Part shown: positions 1-7,958 of the stretch, one piece after another | How positions within the stretch are numbered: position 1 is the first letter of the stretch | Layout of the letters: each line of letters begins with the position of its first letter | Origin: a virus | Virus record (IMG/VR): IMGVR_UViG_3300045988_042664 | Coordinates: 1 to 22,505 of that record | Length of the DNA stretch: 22,505 bases | Strand: one strand, 5' to 3' | Translations under genes and position numbers: made by a program | The notes under the pieces: model-generated | Seen by the model: the letters and a program-made list of their open reading frames with translations, nothing else | The model's database searches: none | What the model was told of the DNA's origin: nothing

Positions 1-35
1 ATGTAAAAAATTGGAAAATAGGTGGTGATTAAGGA

Positions 36-380
36 GTGGAAAAAGAGAATAAGTCTATTGATCTAAAAAAATCGTTGGATAATTTTAAAAAAGATGCGGA
101 GCGACAAGGATATGTTGATAATTTTTTGTTTGCTAGTACTTTGAAGAGGTTGGAAACACAGATTGATATTCTGACGAGTTTGGAAGAAAAGATTGAAGAA
201 GATGGTGTTGTTTGCACGAAGGAATATGTAAAGGGTAGAGAGAATATGTATGTGAGTCCTGCAGTCACTACGTATAACAAGACTTGCCAACAAGCCAACA
301 ACACAACTCAAGCACTGATTAAGGTAATCGTTTCGTTAGGCGGTGCTTTACACGAAGAAGATGAAGATGATGAGCTATGA
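36..380 (+). CDS. terS: terminase small subunit (P27-like)
   Basis: 114-aa ORF with a GTG start at 36, preceded by GGTGGTG (22-28). An in-frame stop at 30-32 excludes a longer ORF. Its stop overlaps the terL start (ATGA at 377-380). Small size, acidic C-terminus (EEDEDDEL) and position directly upstream of terL fit a small terminase. The family call is from recall. Confidence 0.65.
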   Translation: MEKENKSIDLKKSLDNFKKDAERQGYVDNFLFASTLKRLETQIDILTSLEEKIEEDGVVCTKEYVKGRENMYVSPAVTTYNKTCQQANNTTQALIKVIVSLGGALHEEDEDDEL

Positions 381-2053
381 GTTCATTACCAATATTCTGT
401 AAAGAGTATTTTGATTTAATGGATGCTAATAAAGATGAATTCTGTACTGAACAATGGCAGCTACGCTCGATGGTTAAGATGGCCTTTCAGAATGAAAGCT
501 TGATTGTCGATTTAGAACTTTATGAGCATTACATTGGATTAGGTAAGTATTTAGGCTTTGGTCGAGGATATGAATGGGAAAGATACTGCATAGGATGTTA
601 CTTGTGTACATTTAAAGAAGAGGACGGGCTTCCGAGATGGGATGAAGGCCTTTTTTTTATGGGACGAGGCGCAGGAAAAGACGGATTAATATCTTGGATG
701 AGTTTGTGTTTGATTAGCCCATACAATCCAATCGAGAATTACGATGTTGATATTTGTGCTTACAATGAGGACCAAGCTTTGAGACCAGTACTTGATATTC
801 ACGATGTTTTAGAAAAAGAGCCGAAAAAGTTTAAGAAATTTTTTAAATGGACTCAAGAAAAAATCAGAGGTATCAAGAATAAAGGTCGTATTAAAGGCCA
901 CACAAACAATTCCAAAGGTAAGGATGGTTTGCGAAGTGGCGCAGTATTTTTGAATGAGATTCACACTTATGAAAATTACGATAACATCAACGTATTCACT
1001 ACTGGCTTAGGAAAGAAGCCTCATCCAAGAATTGGGTACTTTACAACAAATGGAGATGTTCCAGATGGGCCTTTAGACGATATGCTAGATACCGGAACAA
1101 ATGTCTTAAAAAAAGGGAGCGACGATAATGGCTGCTTTTATTTTATTTGCAGATTAAACAATAAAGATGAAGTATACGATGAATTGAATTGGCGCAAAGC
1201 TAATCCATCATTGAGATATAAACCATCGTTATTAGTCGAGACGCGTAAGGAATACAACAAGTGGTTGAAAGCTCCACAGACTTTAGCAGCGTTTATGACT
1301 AAGCGAATGAATATCAGACAAACTAAGGAATCAATGCCAGTTGCTTCTTGGGAAGATATCAAAGCTACTAACAAAGAATTGATTGATCTAAAAGGTTGGT
1401 CATGTGTTTGTGGAATTGACTTTTCAAAAACAAATGACTGGATGGCAGTGAATCTACATTTTAAGCAAGATGAAATTCGTTATGATATCAATCACGCATG
1501 GGTATGTATGCAATCAACAGAATTGTGGAGATTGAAATGCCCTTATAAAGAATGGGCGAATGAATGTTATGTCACCCTAGTTGATGAACCGGAGATATCA
1601 CCTAAGTTGGTATCTGAATATCTTAGTCAAATGATGAATGATTATGTCATTGAAGGTGTTGCGATGGATAGTTACAGATTTGAGATATTGAAAGATGAGT
1701 TGAATAAGCTTGGTTTTAGCTATGAAAACAAGAATATTAAGCTTGTTAGAAATTCGGATATCATGAAAGTTGTGCCTATCATTGTTAGATGCTTTTTGAA
1801 TCATTTCTTTGTTTGGGGTGAACAACCTTGCTTAAGGTGGGCTACTAATAATTCAAAATTAGTTCCTGCTAAGAAGTCAATGATGGCAGTTGATGGTGAA
1901 TTGGATATGGGTAACTATTTGATTGGGAAAATCGAGCCAAAAGCAAGAAAGACAGACCCTTTCATGGCATTTGTTGCAAGTATGACAATTGAAGATATGT
2001 TGCCTCAAGCAATCGGTAGTATTCCTTTTGATATTGGAGTACTTACTTTTTAA
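377..2053 (+). CDS. terL: terminase large subunit
   Basis: 558 aa with a Walker-A-like GRGAGKDG and a WRKANPSL motif typical of Terminase_1 large subunits. It lies between terS and the portal gene. Confidence 0.9.
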   Translation: MSSLPIFCKEYFDLMDANKDEFCTEQWQLRSMVKMAFQNESLIVDLELYEHYIGLGKYLGFGRGYEWERYCIGCYLCTFKEEDGLPRWDEGLFFMGRGAGKDGLISWMSLCLISPYNPIENYDVDICAYNEDQALRPVLDIHDVLEKEPKKFKKFFKWTQEKIRGIKNKGRIKGHTNNSKGKDGLRSGAVFLNEIHTYENYDNINVFTTGLGKKPHPRIGYFTTNGDVPDGPLDDMLDTGTNVLKKGSDDNGCFYFICRLNNKDEVYDELNWRKANPSLRYKPSLLVETRKEYNKWLKAPQTLAAFMTKRMNIRQTKESMPVASWEDIKATNKELIDLKGWSCVCGIDFSKTNDWMAVNLHFKQDEIRYDINHAWVCMQSTELWRLKCPYKEWANECYVTLVDEPEISPKLVSEYLSQMMNDYVIEGVAMDSYRFEILKDELNKLGFSYENKNIKLVRNSDIMKVVPIIVRCFLNHFFVWGEQPCLRWATNNSKLVPAKKSMMAVDGELDMGNYLIGKIEPKARKTDPFMAFVASMTIEDMLPQAIGSIPFDIGVLTF

Positions 2054-2074
2054 ATAAAAGGAAGGAGTGAAAGT

Positions 2075-3292
2075 ATGGGATTTTTAAAAAAGATTTTTGG
2101 ATTCGGTAAAGATTTTGCAGATGAAAAAGATATGTGGATTAAATCTGCAACGATTGCGACAGAACAAGAACAGTTAGCGTCTTTGACCGCTCGTCAATTG
2201 GCCTTTGAGATTTGTGTACAACGAATTGCAAAAGCGATCTCAAAATGTGAGTTCAGAACATACGAAAAGAAAAAAGAAAAGAAGAATAGCTTTTATTATT
2301 TATTGAATGTTAAACCGAATTACAATCAATCGAGTACAGAGTTTTGGAATGAATTTATTCATAAACTTTATTACGAAGATGAAGTGTTAGTTGTACAAAG
2401 AGCAGATAAACTATTTATTGCAGATTCATTTACTGTTGACGATAAAATCGTATTCGGTGAGCACGTGTTTAAAGATATTCATATCGGTGATATCACGTTG
2501 AATAGTGATTACAAACAATCAAGAGTTATGCATTTTAAGTTAGGCAATGAGAAGATAAAGGAATATTTAGATGGTACTTTAGCATTGCAAACTTCTTTGA
2601 TTCAAACCGCATTGAGTTCATATAAACGTGCAAATGGATTTAAGGTGAAAGCTCACATCGGACGTATGCAAGCCAATAAAGATTTGGAAGATAAGATTAA
2701 CGATTTATTAAATAATCAAGTCAAAACCTTTATGAAAGCAGATAATGCTTTGTTACCTGAATATGAAGGATTGAATTTTGAAGAGTTTGGAAAAGAAAAG
2801 AAAAATATAGTAACTACTCGAGATATTAAGGCCTTATTAGATGATACATTAGAGCTCACTTGTAAGGCCTTTTTAATTCCAGTGAACATTTGTAATGGAG
2901 ATGTAGCAGATACATCGAAAGCGGTGGATGATTTCTTAACATTTTGTTTAGATTCAATTGTTGAATTGATTCAAAACGAGATCAATGGAAAACATTACAC
3001 AGAAGATGAGTACTTAAAAGGTACTTACATGAAAATTAACACTCAAGCAATCAAACATATTGATGCTTTAGATATGGCCAACTCGGTCGATAAATTAATT
3101 AGTAGTGGTGTTTATTCAATCAATAACATCTTGCGTATTTTAGGCGAAGAAGAAATTGATGAAGAATGGGCGAACGAGCATTACATCACTAAGAATTTTA
3201 GTTGTATCGACTCAACTGGTCAGTCATTGAGTGAGAAAGGAGGGAAAACAAATGCCGAAGATGAAGGTAATGCAAATGCGAATGCAAGTTAA
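2075..3292 (+). CDS. portal protein (HK97-type)
   Basis: 405 aa with SD AAGGAGTG upstream. It follows terL and precedes the prohead protease, the canonical HK97-like head module order. Confidence 0.85.
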   Translation: MGFLKKIFGFGKDFADEKDMWIKSATIATEQEQLASLTARQLAFEICVQRIAKAISKCEFRTYEKKKEKKNSFYYLLNVKPNYNQSSTEFWNEFIHKLYYEDEVLVVQRADKLFIADSFTVDDKIVFGEHVFKDIHIGDITLNSDYKQSRVMHFKLGNEKIKEYLDGTLALQTSLIQTALSSYKRANGFKVKAHIGRMQANKDLEDKINDLLNNQVKTFMKADNALLPEYEGLNFEEFGKEKKNIVTTRDIKALLDDTLELTCKAFLIPVNICNGDVADTSKAVDDFLTFCLDSIVELIQNEINGKHYTEDEYLKGTYMKINTQAIKHIDALDMANSVDKLISSGVYSINNILRILGEEEIDEEWANEHYITKNFSCIDSTGQSLSEKGGKTNAEDEGNANANAS

Positions 3293-3950
3293 TGAAGCTA
3301 AGCCAAATGAAGCAGACCTTGAATTGTACGATGAAATTGGTGAGTCTACAGACTGGTGGACTGGAAAGACATCAGGCATCAGTGCCGAATCAATCACTCA
3401 GTTTTTAAAGGAAAATCAAGATGTAGATACAGTTAATTTACATATTAATTCAAATGGTGGATTAGTATTTGAAGGAATCACAATTCACAATATTTTGAAA
3501 GGGTCTGATAAAACTGTAAATGTAATCATTGATGGTTTAGCTGCATCAATTGCGAGTGTAATTGCGATGTGTGGTGATACTGTAAAAATGTATCCAACAT
3601 CACAAATGATGATTCACAATTGTTGGACGTATGGATGTGGTAATGCTAATGATTTTAGAAAGTTAGCCGACCAAATGGACAAGATTATGGACTCATCAAG
3701 AATCGCATACCTAAGTAAAGCTAAAGATAAGCTTACAGAAGAAAAGCTTAACGAGTTGTTAGACAATGAAAGTTATTTAACCGCTCAAGAGTGCTTTGAT
3801 TTAGGATTGTGCGATGAAATCATTGGCGTAGACACTTCGAAAAAAGAAGGTGTTAAAGCCGATGAAAAAAAGGTACAAAAGGTTGAAGAACCTTTAGAAA
3901 AATCACCAACTATTGAACTTTTAAATAAGGAAAATGGTTGGTTTTTTTAA
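3252..3950 (+). CDS. ClpP-like (S14) prohead maturation protease
   Basis: ClpP-like motifs IDGLAASIASVIAMCGD (Ser) and MMIHNCW (His). I prefer the ATG at 3252 (AAAGGAGGG at 3236-3244) over the track start at 3231. It overlaps the portal 3' end. Confidence 0.85.
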   Translation: MPKMKVMQMRMQVNEAKPNEADLELYDEIGESTDWWTGKTSGISAESITQFLKENQDVDTVNLHINSNGGLVFEGITIHNILKGSDKTVNVIIDGLAASIASVIAMCGDTVKMYPTSQMMIHNCWTYGCGNANDFRKLADQMDKIMDSSRIAYLSKAKDKLTEEKLNELLDNESYLTAQECFDLGLCDEIIGVDTSKKEGVKADEKKVQKVEEPLEKSPTIELLNKENGWFF

Positions 3951-3975
3951 TGTAAAAAAATAGGAGGATAAATTA

Positions 3976-5169
3976 ATGAAAACTAAAGAAGAATTATTAG
4001 AAACATTAAAACAAGCTATCGATGACAAAAGCTCAGATGGTTTGTTTGAAGCATTAAGCAATTTAATTGAAAATCAAACAGATTCAAAAGCAGAACAGAT
4101 TTTGCAGGAAGCATTACGAGTTGATGATTCAAATATTTTAAAAGCACGTGGTGCTCGTCAGTTAACTTCTGCAGAAAAAGCTTTCTACAACAAAATTATT
4201 GATGCAATGCGTTCTGACAATTTCCGTCAAACAATCGACAACATCAACACAGTATTACCTGAAACAGTTATCGAGGATATTTTCTCAGAAATCGAAAACG
4301 AACATCCTTTATTGTCTAAATTAGACATCCAGGTAGCATCTGCAAAAGTTAAATTATTGTTCGGCGTAGCAGGTGATAACAAAGCGACATGGGGTAAATT
4401 GACTGATAAGATCGTTACTGAAATTTCAGGATCATTCGAAGAAATGGATATTTACCAATTAAAGGTAAGTGCTTATGTTCCAATTCCGGAATCAATGCTT
4501 GATTTAGGTCCAGTGTATTTAGACCGATTTGTTCGTACGTTGTTATATGATGCATTATCAAACGGTATCGAAGATGCAGCATTGAACAACTTGGCATCTG
4601 ATAAAGGTCCTATCGGTATGATGGCAGATTTATCTAAAGGAACAACAAACAGTGGTAAAACCACTTACACTGCTAAGACTGCTAAAAAAGTAGTTAATTG
4701 GACACCAAAAGGCTTGGCAGATGTAATCAAAGCCATGGCAAAAGGTCGTAATGGCAAAGCTCGTAAGGTTACTGGCTTATTCATGGTAGTAAGTCCTGAT
4801 GACTACTATGGATTAGTTAAACCTGCAATTTGCATCCAAACTCCTGCAGGTGACTGGGTAGAGAAATCACCATATCCTATCGACATCATCCAATCAGTAT
4901 ATTGTCCAACTGGTAAAGCTATCATGGGTATTGATAAGAAATATATGATGGGTATTGGTACTGCTCAAGCAGGTAAACTAGAAACATCTGATGAGTTTGC
5001 ATTCTTGGATGATAATCGTACTTATAAAATCAAATTGTATGGTAATGGTCAACCAAAAGATAACAACGCATTCCAGGTATTAGATATTACTGGATTGAAA
5101 GAGTTAGCTTTCAAAGTTGATTCAACTACTACAGTAGAAGGTCAAGTAAATACAAAAGCAGCTGCTTAA
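3976..5169 (+). CDS. major capsid protein (HK97 fold family)
   Basis: 397 aa with a strong SD (TAGGAGGA). It sits directly after the prohead protease. The N-terminal ~100 aa are helical and charged, like a delta/scaffold domain. Confidence 0.85.
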   Translation: MKTKEELLETLKQAIDDKSSDGLFEALSNLIENQTDSKAEQILQEALRVDDSNILKARGARQLTSAEKAFYNKIIDAMRSDNFRQTIDNINTVLPETVIEDIFSEIENEHPLLSKLDIQVASAKVKLLFGVAGDNKATWGKLTDKIVTEISGSFEEMDIYQLKVSAYVPIPESMLDLGPVYLDRFVRTLLYDALSNGIEDAALNNLASDKGPIGMMADLSKGTTNSGKTTYTAKTAKKVVNWTPKGLADVIKAMAKGRNGKARKVTGLFMVVSPDDYYGLVKPAICIQTPAGDWVEKSPYPIDIIQSVYCPTGKAIMGIDKKYMMGIGTAQAGKLETSDEFAFLDDNRTYKIKLYGNGQPKDNNAFQVLDITGLKELAFKVDSTTTVEGQVNTKAAA

Positions 5170-5194
5170 TCCATAAAAGAAAGGTGGCATCTAA

Positions 5195-5473
5195 ATGGAT
5201 GAATATTTATTAGGCTTAATCAAGACTGATTTAGGCTACAAGTGGTGTGACGATGCCACAAACGAAAAACTAAAACATTTAATCGCAGAGGGATTAGCTT
5301 ATCTGAAGAAGTATAGTCCTTCTGCAGATTTTCAAAGTGATGAATTTTCTAGAAGTTTATTAAAGAATTACGTGCTATACGCTTTATCAAATGCAACTGA
5401 TGATTTTAAAGTTAATTACAAAGATGAGATTCTTCTCTTTAGTGATTTAGGAAGGGCAAGCGATGTTAGTTAA
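5195..5473 (+). CDS. head-tail connector protein (gp6-like)
   Basis: 92 aa with SD AAAGGTGG. It is the first small gene after the capsid gene. The call rests on position and size. Confidence 0.55.
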   Translation: MDEYLLGLIKTDLGYKWCDDATNEKLKHLIAEGLAYLKKYSPSADFQSDEFSRSLLKNYVLYALSNATDDFKVNYKDEILLFSDLGRASDVS

Positions 5474-5846
5474 GAAGCAGTCACAAGGTAATACGACTTT
5501 TAATGATGGAATCTTGAAATCTGTATCAATTAAAAATGGTGGCATCTTGAAAGACATATCAAGCTACATTCCATTTGGTCAAAAGACAGTTGGATACAAT
5601 CGTTTTTTCAGAGCGTACAACAACGATATTAAAATATCGAAAGTTGTGGTTGTTCCTTTTGAATCAGGACTACAAGATGCAGATTATGTTGAGTGTGGCT
5701 TTTTTAGAGAACCTAATCACCCGAGCATTTATAAGGTAGTTCAATGCCAAGAGTTATTGGACTCAAAGCCTATGTGCCTTCAGTTATCTTTAGAAAAAGT
5801 CAAAACAAAGTTTGATGATAGGAGATTGAATGAGAGTACAAATTGA
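5463..5846 (+). CDS. head closure / head-tail adaptor protein
   Basis: 127 aa, overlapping the upstream gene by 11 nt. The call rests on its position in the connector module. Confidence 0.5.
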   Translation: MLVKKQSQGNTTFNDGILKSVSIKNGGILKDISSYIPFGQKTVGYNRFFRAYNNDIKISKVVVVPFESGLQDADYVECGFFREPNHPSIYKVVQCQELLDSKPMCLQLSLEKVKTKFDDRRLNESTN

Positions 5847-6192
5847 AGGATTGGCAGAGATGAAAAAAGCCTTAACGAAAAAGAAAGTTGCAGTTGAAAA
5901 GATAGCCTCGGCAGTTACAAAAGCAGGAGAAAAGGCCGAACAAGTAGCAAAGGATTTAGTTCCTAAAGATAGTGGAGCATTACATGATAGTATCCAACAT
6001 AAATATGTAAGTGGTGGTAAAACAGTTATCATTGATGCGCCTGCTAAGAATTCTAAAGGTGTTGAATACACCCAGTATGTCGAGTTCGGCACTAAAAAGC
6101 ATGGACCTGCTCAAAAGTTTATGCGACCTGCACAAGATGAAGGAAAAAAAGTGCTAATTGAAGAATGTAAAAAGTTGGTGGAGACAAAATGA
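5830..6192 (+). CDS. HK97 gp10-like tail component
   Basis: 120 aa with SD TAGGAGA. The motif GTKKHGPAQKFMRPA resembles the conserved region of the HK97 gp10 family. Confidence 0.6.
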   Translation: MRVQIEGLAEMKKALTKKKVAVEKIASAVTKAGEKAEQVAKDLVPKDSGALHDSIQHKYVSGGKTVIIDAPAKNSKGVEYTQYVEFGTKKHGPAQKFMRPAQDEGKKVLIEECKKLVETK

Positions 6193-6563
6193 TAAGTGAA
6201 TCAATTTATGAATTATTAGGACAAGAACTTGATAAAAAATATGATACATATTATTTAGATCAAGCACCTGATGATGCGAATTGTCCATATATTCAGATGT
6301 ATTCGATTTATGACAATCCGAGCCAATTTAAAGACTGCGAGAATGGATATTTTAACTTAGATGTTCATGTATGGCACTATCGTTTAGATAAGCGAAAAGA
6401 AGTAGCAAACATTATGGACGATATTTTGCGTATCGCAAAGCAACTAAAAATCGAAGGCCATTCGGTAATGTGCTTATGTGACGGTAGGCGAATATTAGTC
6501 GACAATTCCACAAGTACAACGTACTTGCATGGAGTAATCACTTTGAATTTTAAATATATTTAA
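6189..6563 (+). CDS. tail terminator / tail completion protein
   Basis: 124 aa with an ATGA overlap to the upstream gene. It is the last gene before the major tail protein. The call is positional only. Confidence 0.45.
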   Translation: MISESIYELLGQELDKKYDTYYLDQAPDDANCPYIQMYSIYDNPSQFKDCENGYFNLDVHVWHYRLDKRKEVANIMDDILRIAKQLKIEGHSVMCLCDGRRILVDNSTSTTYLHGVITLNFKYI

Positions 6564-6581
6564 TTAAGGAGGATATAAAAC

Positions 6582-7079
6582 ATGGAAAGTGTACATGGTA
6601 GCAAGATTATTTATATGTATCGACCATTGTCAGAAGCTAAAAAAAATGCAGCATTGCGTTTAGCTTTTGTAAAAGAAAATGGTAAAACTGTATCAACTGA
6701 TGCAGATACAACACAAACAAAAGATGGTGCATTGCGTTCACCTAGCCAAGCAGAAATTGAAATCACTTCTACATCTGTATTAGCAAGTGATGATACGATG
6801 ATTAGTTTATTGGAAAAAGCTCAGTTAAACAACGAAAAAGTCGAAGTATGGGAAATCAATTTAGCTAAACCAGGAACTGCTAGCGGTAAATATAAAGGAA
6901 CATATTATCAAGCTTATGTTACTGAAATTGAAAAGAGCTCACCTTCAGACGATTGGGCAGAGATGTCATTAACGTTCGGAATCGAAGGAAAAGGAGCTGA
7001 AGGCGATGTAACTGTGCCTCAAAATATGCTTGACGAAGCATTGTATACATTTACTGATACAACTGCTCAAACGAAATAG
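6582..7079 (+). CDS. major tail (tube) protein
   Basis: 165 aa with a strong SD (TAAGGAGGA). It is followed by an intrinsic terminator and precedes the chaperone pair and tape measure. Confidence 0.7.
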   Translation: MESVHGSKIIYMYRPLSEAKKNAALRLAFVKENGKTVSTDADTTQTKDGALRSPSQAEIEITSTSVLASDDTMISLLEKAQLNNEKVEVWEINLAKPGTASGKYKGTYYQAYVTEIEKSSPSDDWAEMSLTFGIEGKGAEGDVTVPQNMLDEALYTFTDTTAQTK

Positions 7080-7094
7080 TTTTCTAAAACTATA

Positions 7095-7118
7095 GGGAGA
7101 TTTAGTTCTCCCTTTTTT
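7095..7118 (+). terminator. rho-independent terminator after the major tail gene
   Basis: GGGAGA (7095-7100), a 6-nt loop and TCTCCC (7107-7112), followed by TTTTTT (7113-7118). Confidence 0.6.
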
Positions 7119-7179
7119 ATTTATTTTTATTTATGCGCATAAACAAAAACGAAAAGAGACAAAAAAGGAGACTTAACTT

Positions 7180-7584
7180 ATGAATATGCAATTAGAAATT
7201 AACAGAACAACATATGAATTTAGATTTGGCATTGGGTTCATGAAAGAGATTCAATCTCGATATAAAGAGATGGCTTCAATTTCAGTAGCAATTCCAAACG
7301 GATTCAAATACGTGGTAGCTAGTATGCTAGACGGTCATATCGAAGATTTGTTTGATATTCTATACACTGCTAACAAAACAGAAAAGCCACGTATCACAGA
7401 AAAAGCTTTAATGGAATATTTAGAAGATGAATCAACTGATATTGAATCGTTAATTAAAGAAGTAAAAGCTTTTTTATTAAAAGCCAATGCATCGAAGAGC
7501 TTGATGAATCAGATTATGGAAGCATTGGCAGAGGAAGCGGGAGCGGAAACGACAACAACAAAAACAAAGACGAAAAAGAAATAG
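7180..7584 (+). CDS. tail assembly chaperone (gpG-like)
   Basis: 134 aa with SD AAAGGAGA, immediately upstream of the tape measure module. The -1 frame is open across its last ~125 nt. Confidence 0.65.
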   Translation: MNMQLEINRTTYEFRFGIGFMKEIQSRYKEMASISVAIPNGFKYVVASMLDGHIEDLFDILYTANKTEKPRITEKALMEYLEDESTDIESLIKEVKAFLLKANASKSLMNQIMEALAEEAGAETTTTKTKTKKK

Positions 7585-7623
7585 ACTACATCACAGAGAT
7601 TTATGATGATGTAGCTTTTTTTT
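7573..7623 (+). promoter_or_regulatory. candidate -1 frameshift signal (AAAAAG slippery run plus downstream hairpin)
   Basis: AAA AAG lies in the zero frame at 7573-7578. After a 7-nt spacer there is an 8-bp hairpin, CTACATCA (7586-7593) pairing with TGATGTAG (7607-7614), then a T8 run (7616-7623). Confidence 0.4.
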
Positions 7624-7634
7624 GCTTTAAAAAT

Positions 7635-7958
7635 TTGAAGTTTACATCGTTTGAGCAAGTTGATCGTGTGACTTTGGCCGAATATAAATTGATGCTTAAA
7701 ACTAATTTAAGCAGAGAAGAAGAAAAAGAGTACGACCGTCATTGGAGGGCCTTTTTACAAATGGCAGTGCAATCGACAGTCGGAAAAGGAAAATCACAAC
7801 GAATGCGTTATTCAAAATTTGAAAAGTTCTATAACAGAAAAAAAGCAAAAAAAGAATTGGATAAGATATTAAATCCAAAAAGCGAAAGCAAAACAGAAGA
7901 AGAGTCTCGTATTAAAAGATTAATTGAATTTAAGAAAAGAAAGCGAGGCGATGAATAA
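7635..7958 (+). CDS. gpT-like frameshift extension of the tail assembly chaperone
   Basis: The track ORF opens only at a TTG with no SD. Its frame is open from 7458 and is -1 relative to 7180-7584. Its stop overlaps the tape measure start (TAATG). This matches the conserved G/GT arrangement. Confidence 0.55.
   Translation: MKFTSFEQVDRVTLAEYKLMLKTNLSREEEKEYDRHWRAFLQMAVQSTVGKGKSQRMRYSKFEKFYNRKKAKKELDKILNPKSESKTEEESRIKRLIEFKKRKRGDE

Noticed and set aside
29-311. Two minus-strand ORFs (29-304 and 63-311) opposite terS.
   Set aside because: They are fully embedded antisense to terS, have no ribosome-binding context, and break the otherwise uniform + strand operon.
3269-3286. A tandem hexamer, AATGCA AATGCG AATGCA, in the portal/protease overlap. 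It encodes NANANA in one frame and MQMRMQ in the other.
   Set aside because: Three imperfect copies are too few to suggest slippage-based phase variation. It is probably a low-complexity portal tail that happens to overlap the protease start.
7130-7143. A 14-bp perfect palindrome, TTTATGCGCATAAA, between the major tail terminator and the chaperone gene.
   Set aside because: It could be an operator, but it is short, mostly A/T, isolated and without a partner site. I cannot support a function from sequence alone.
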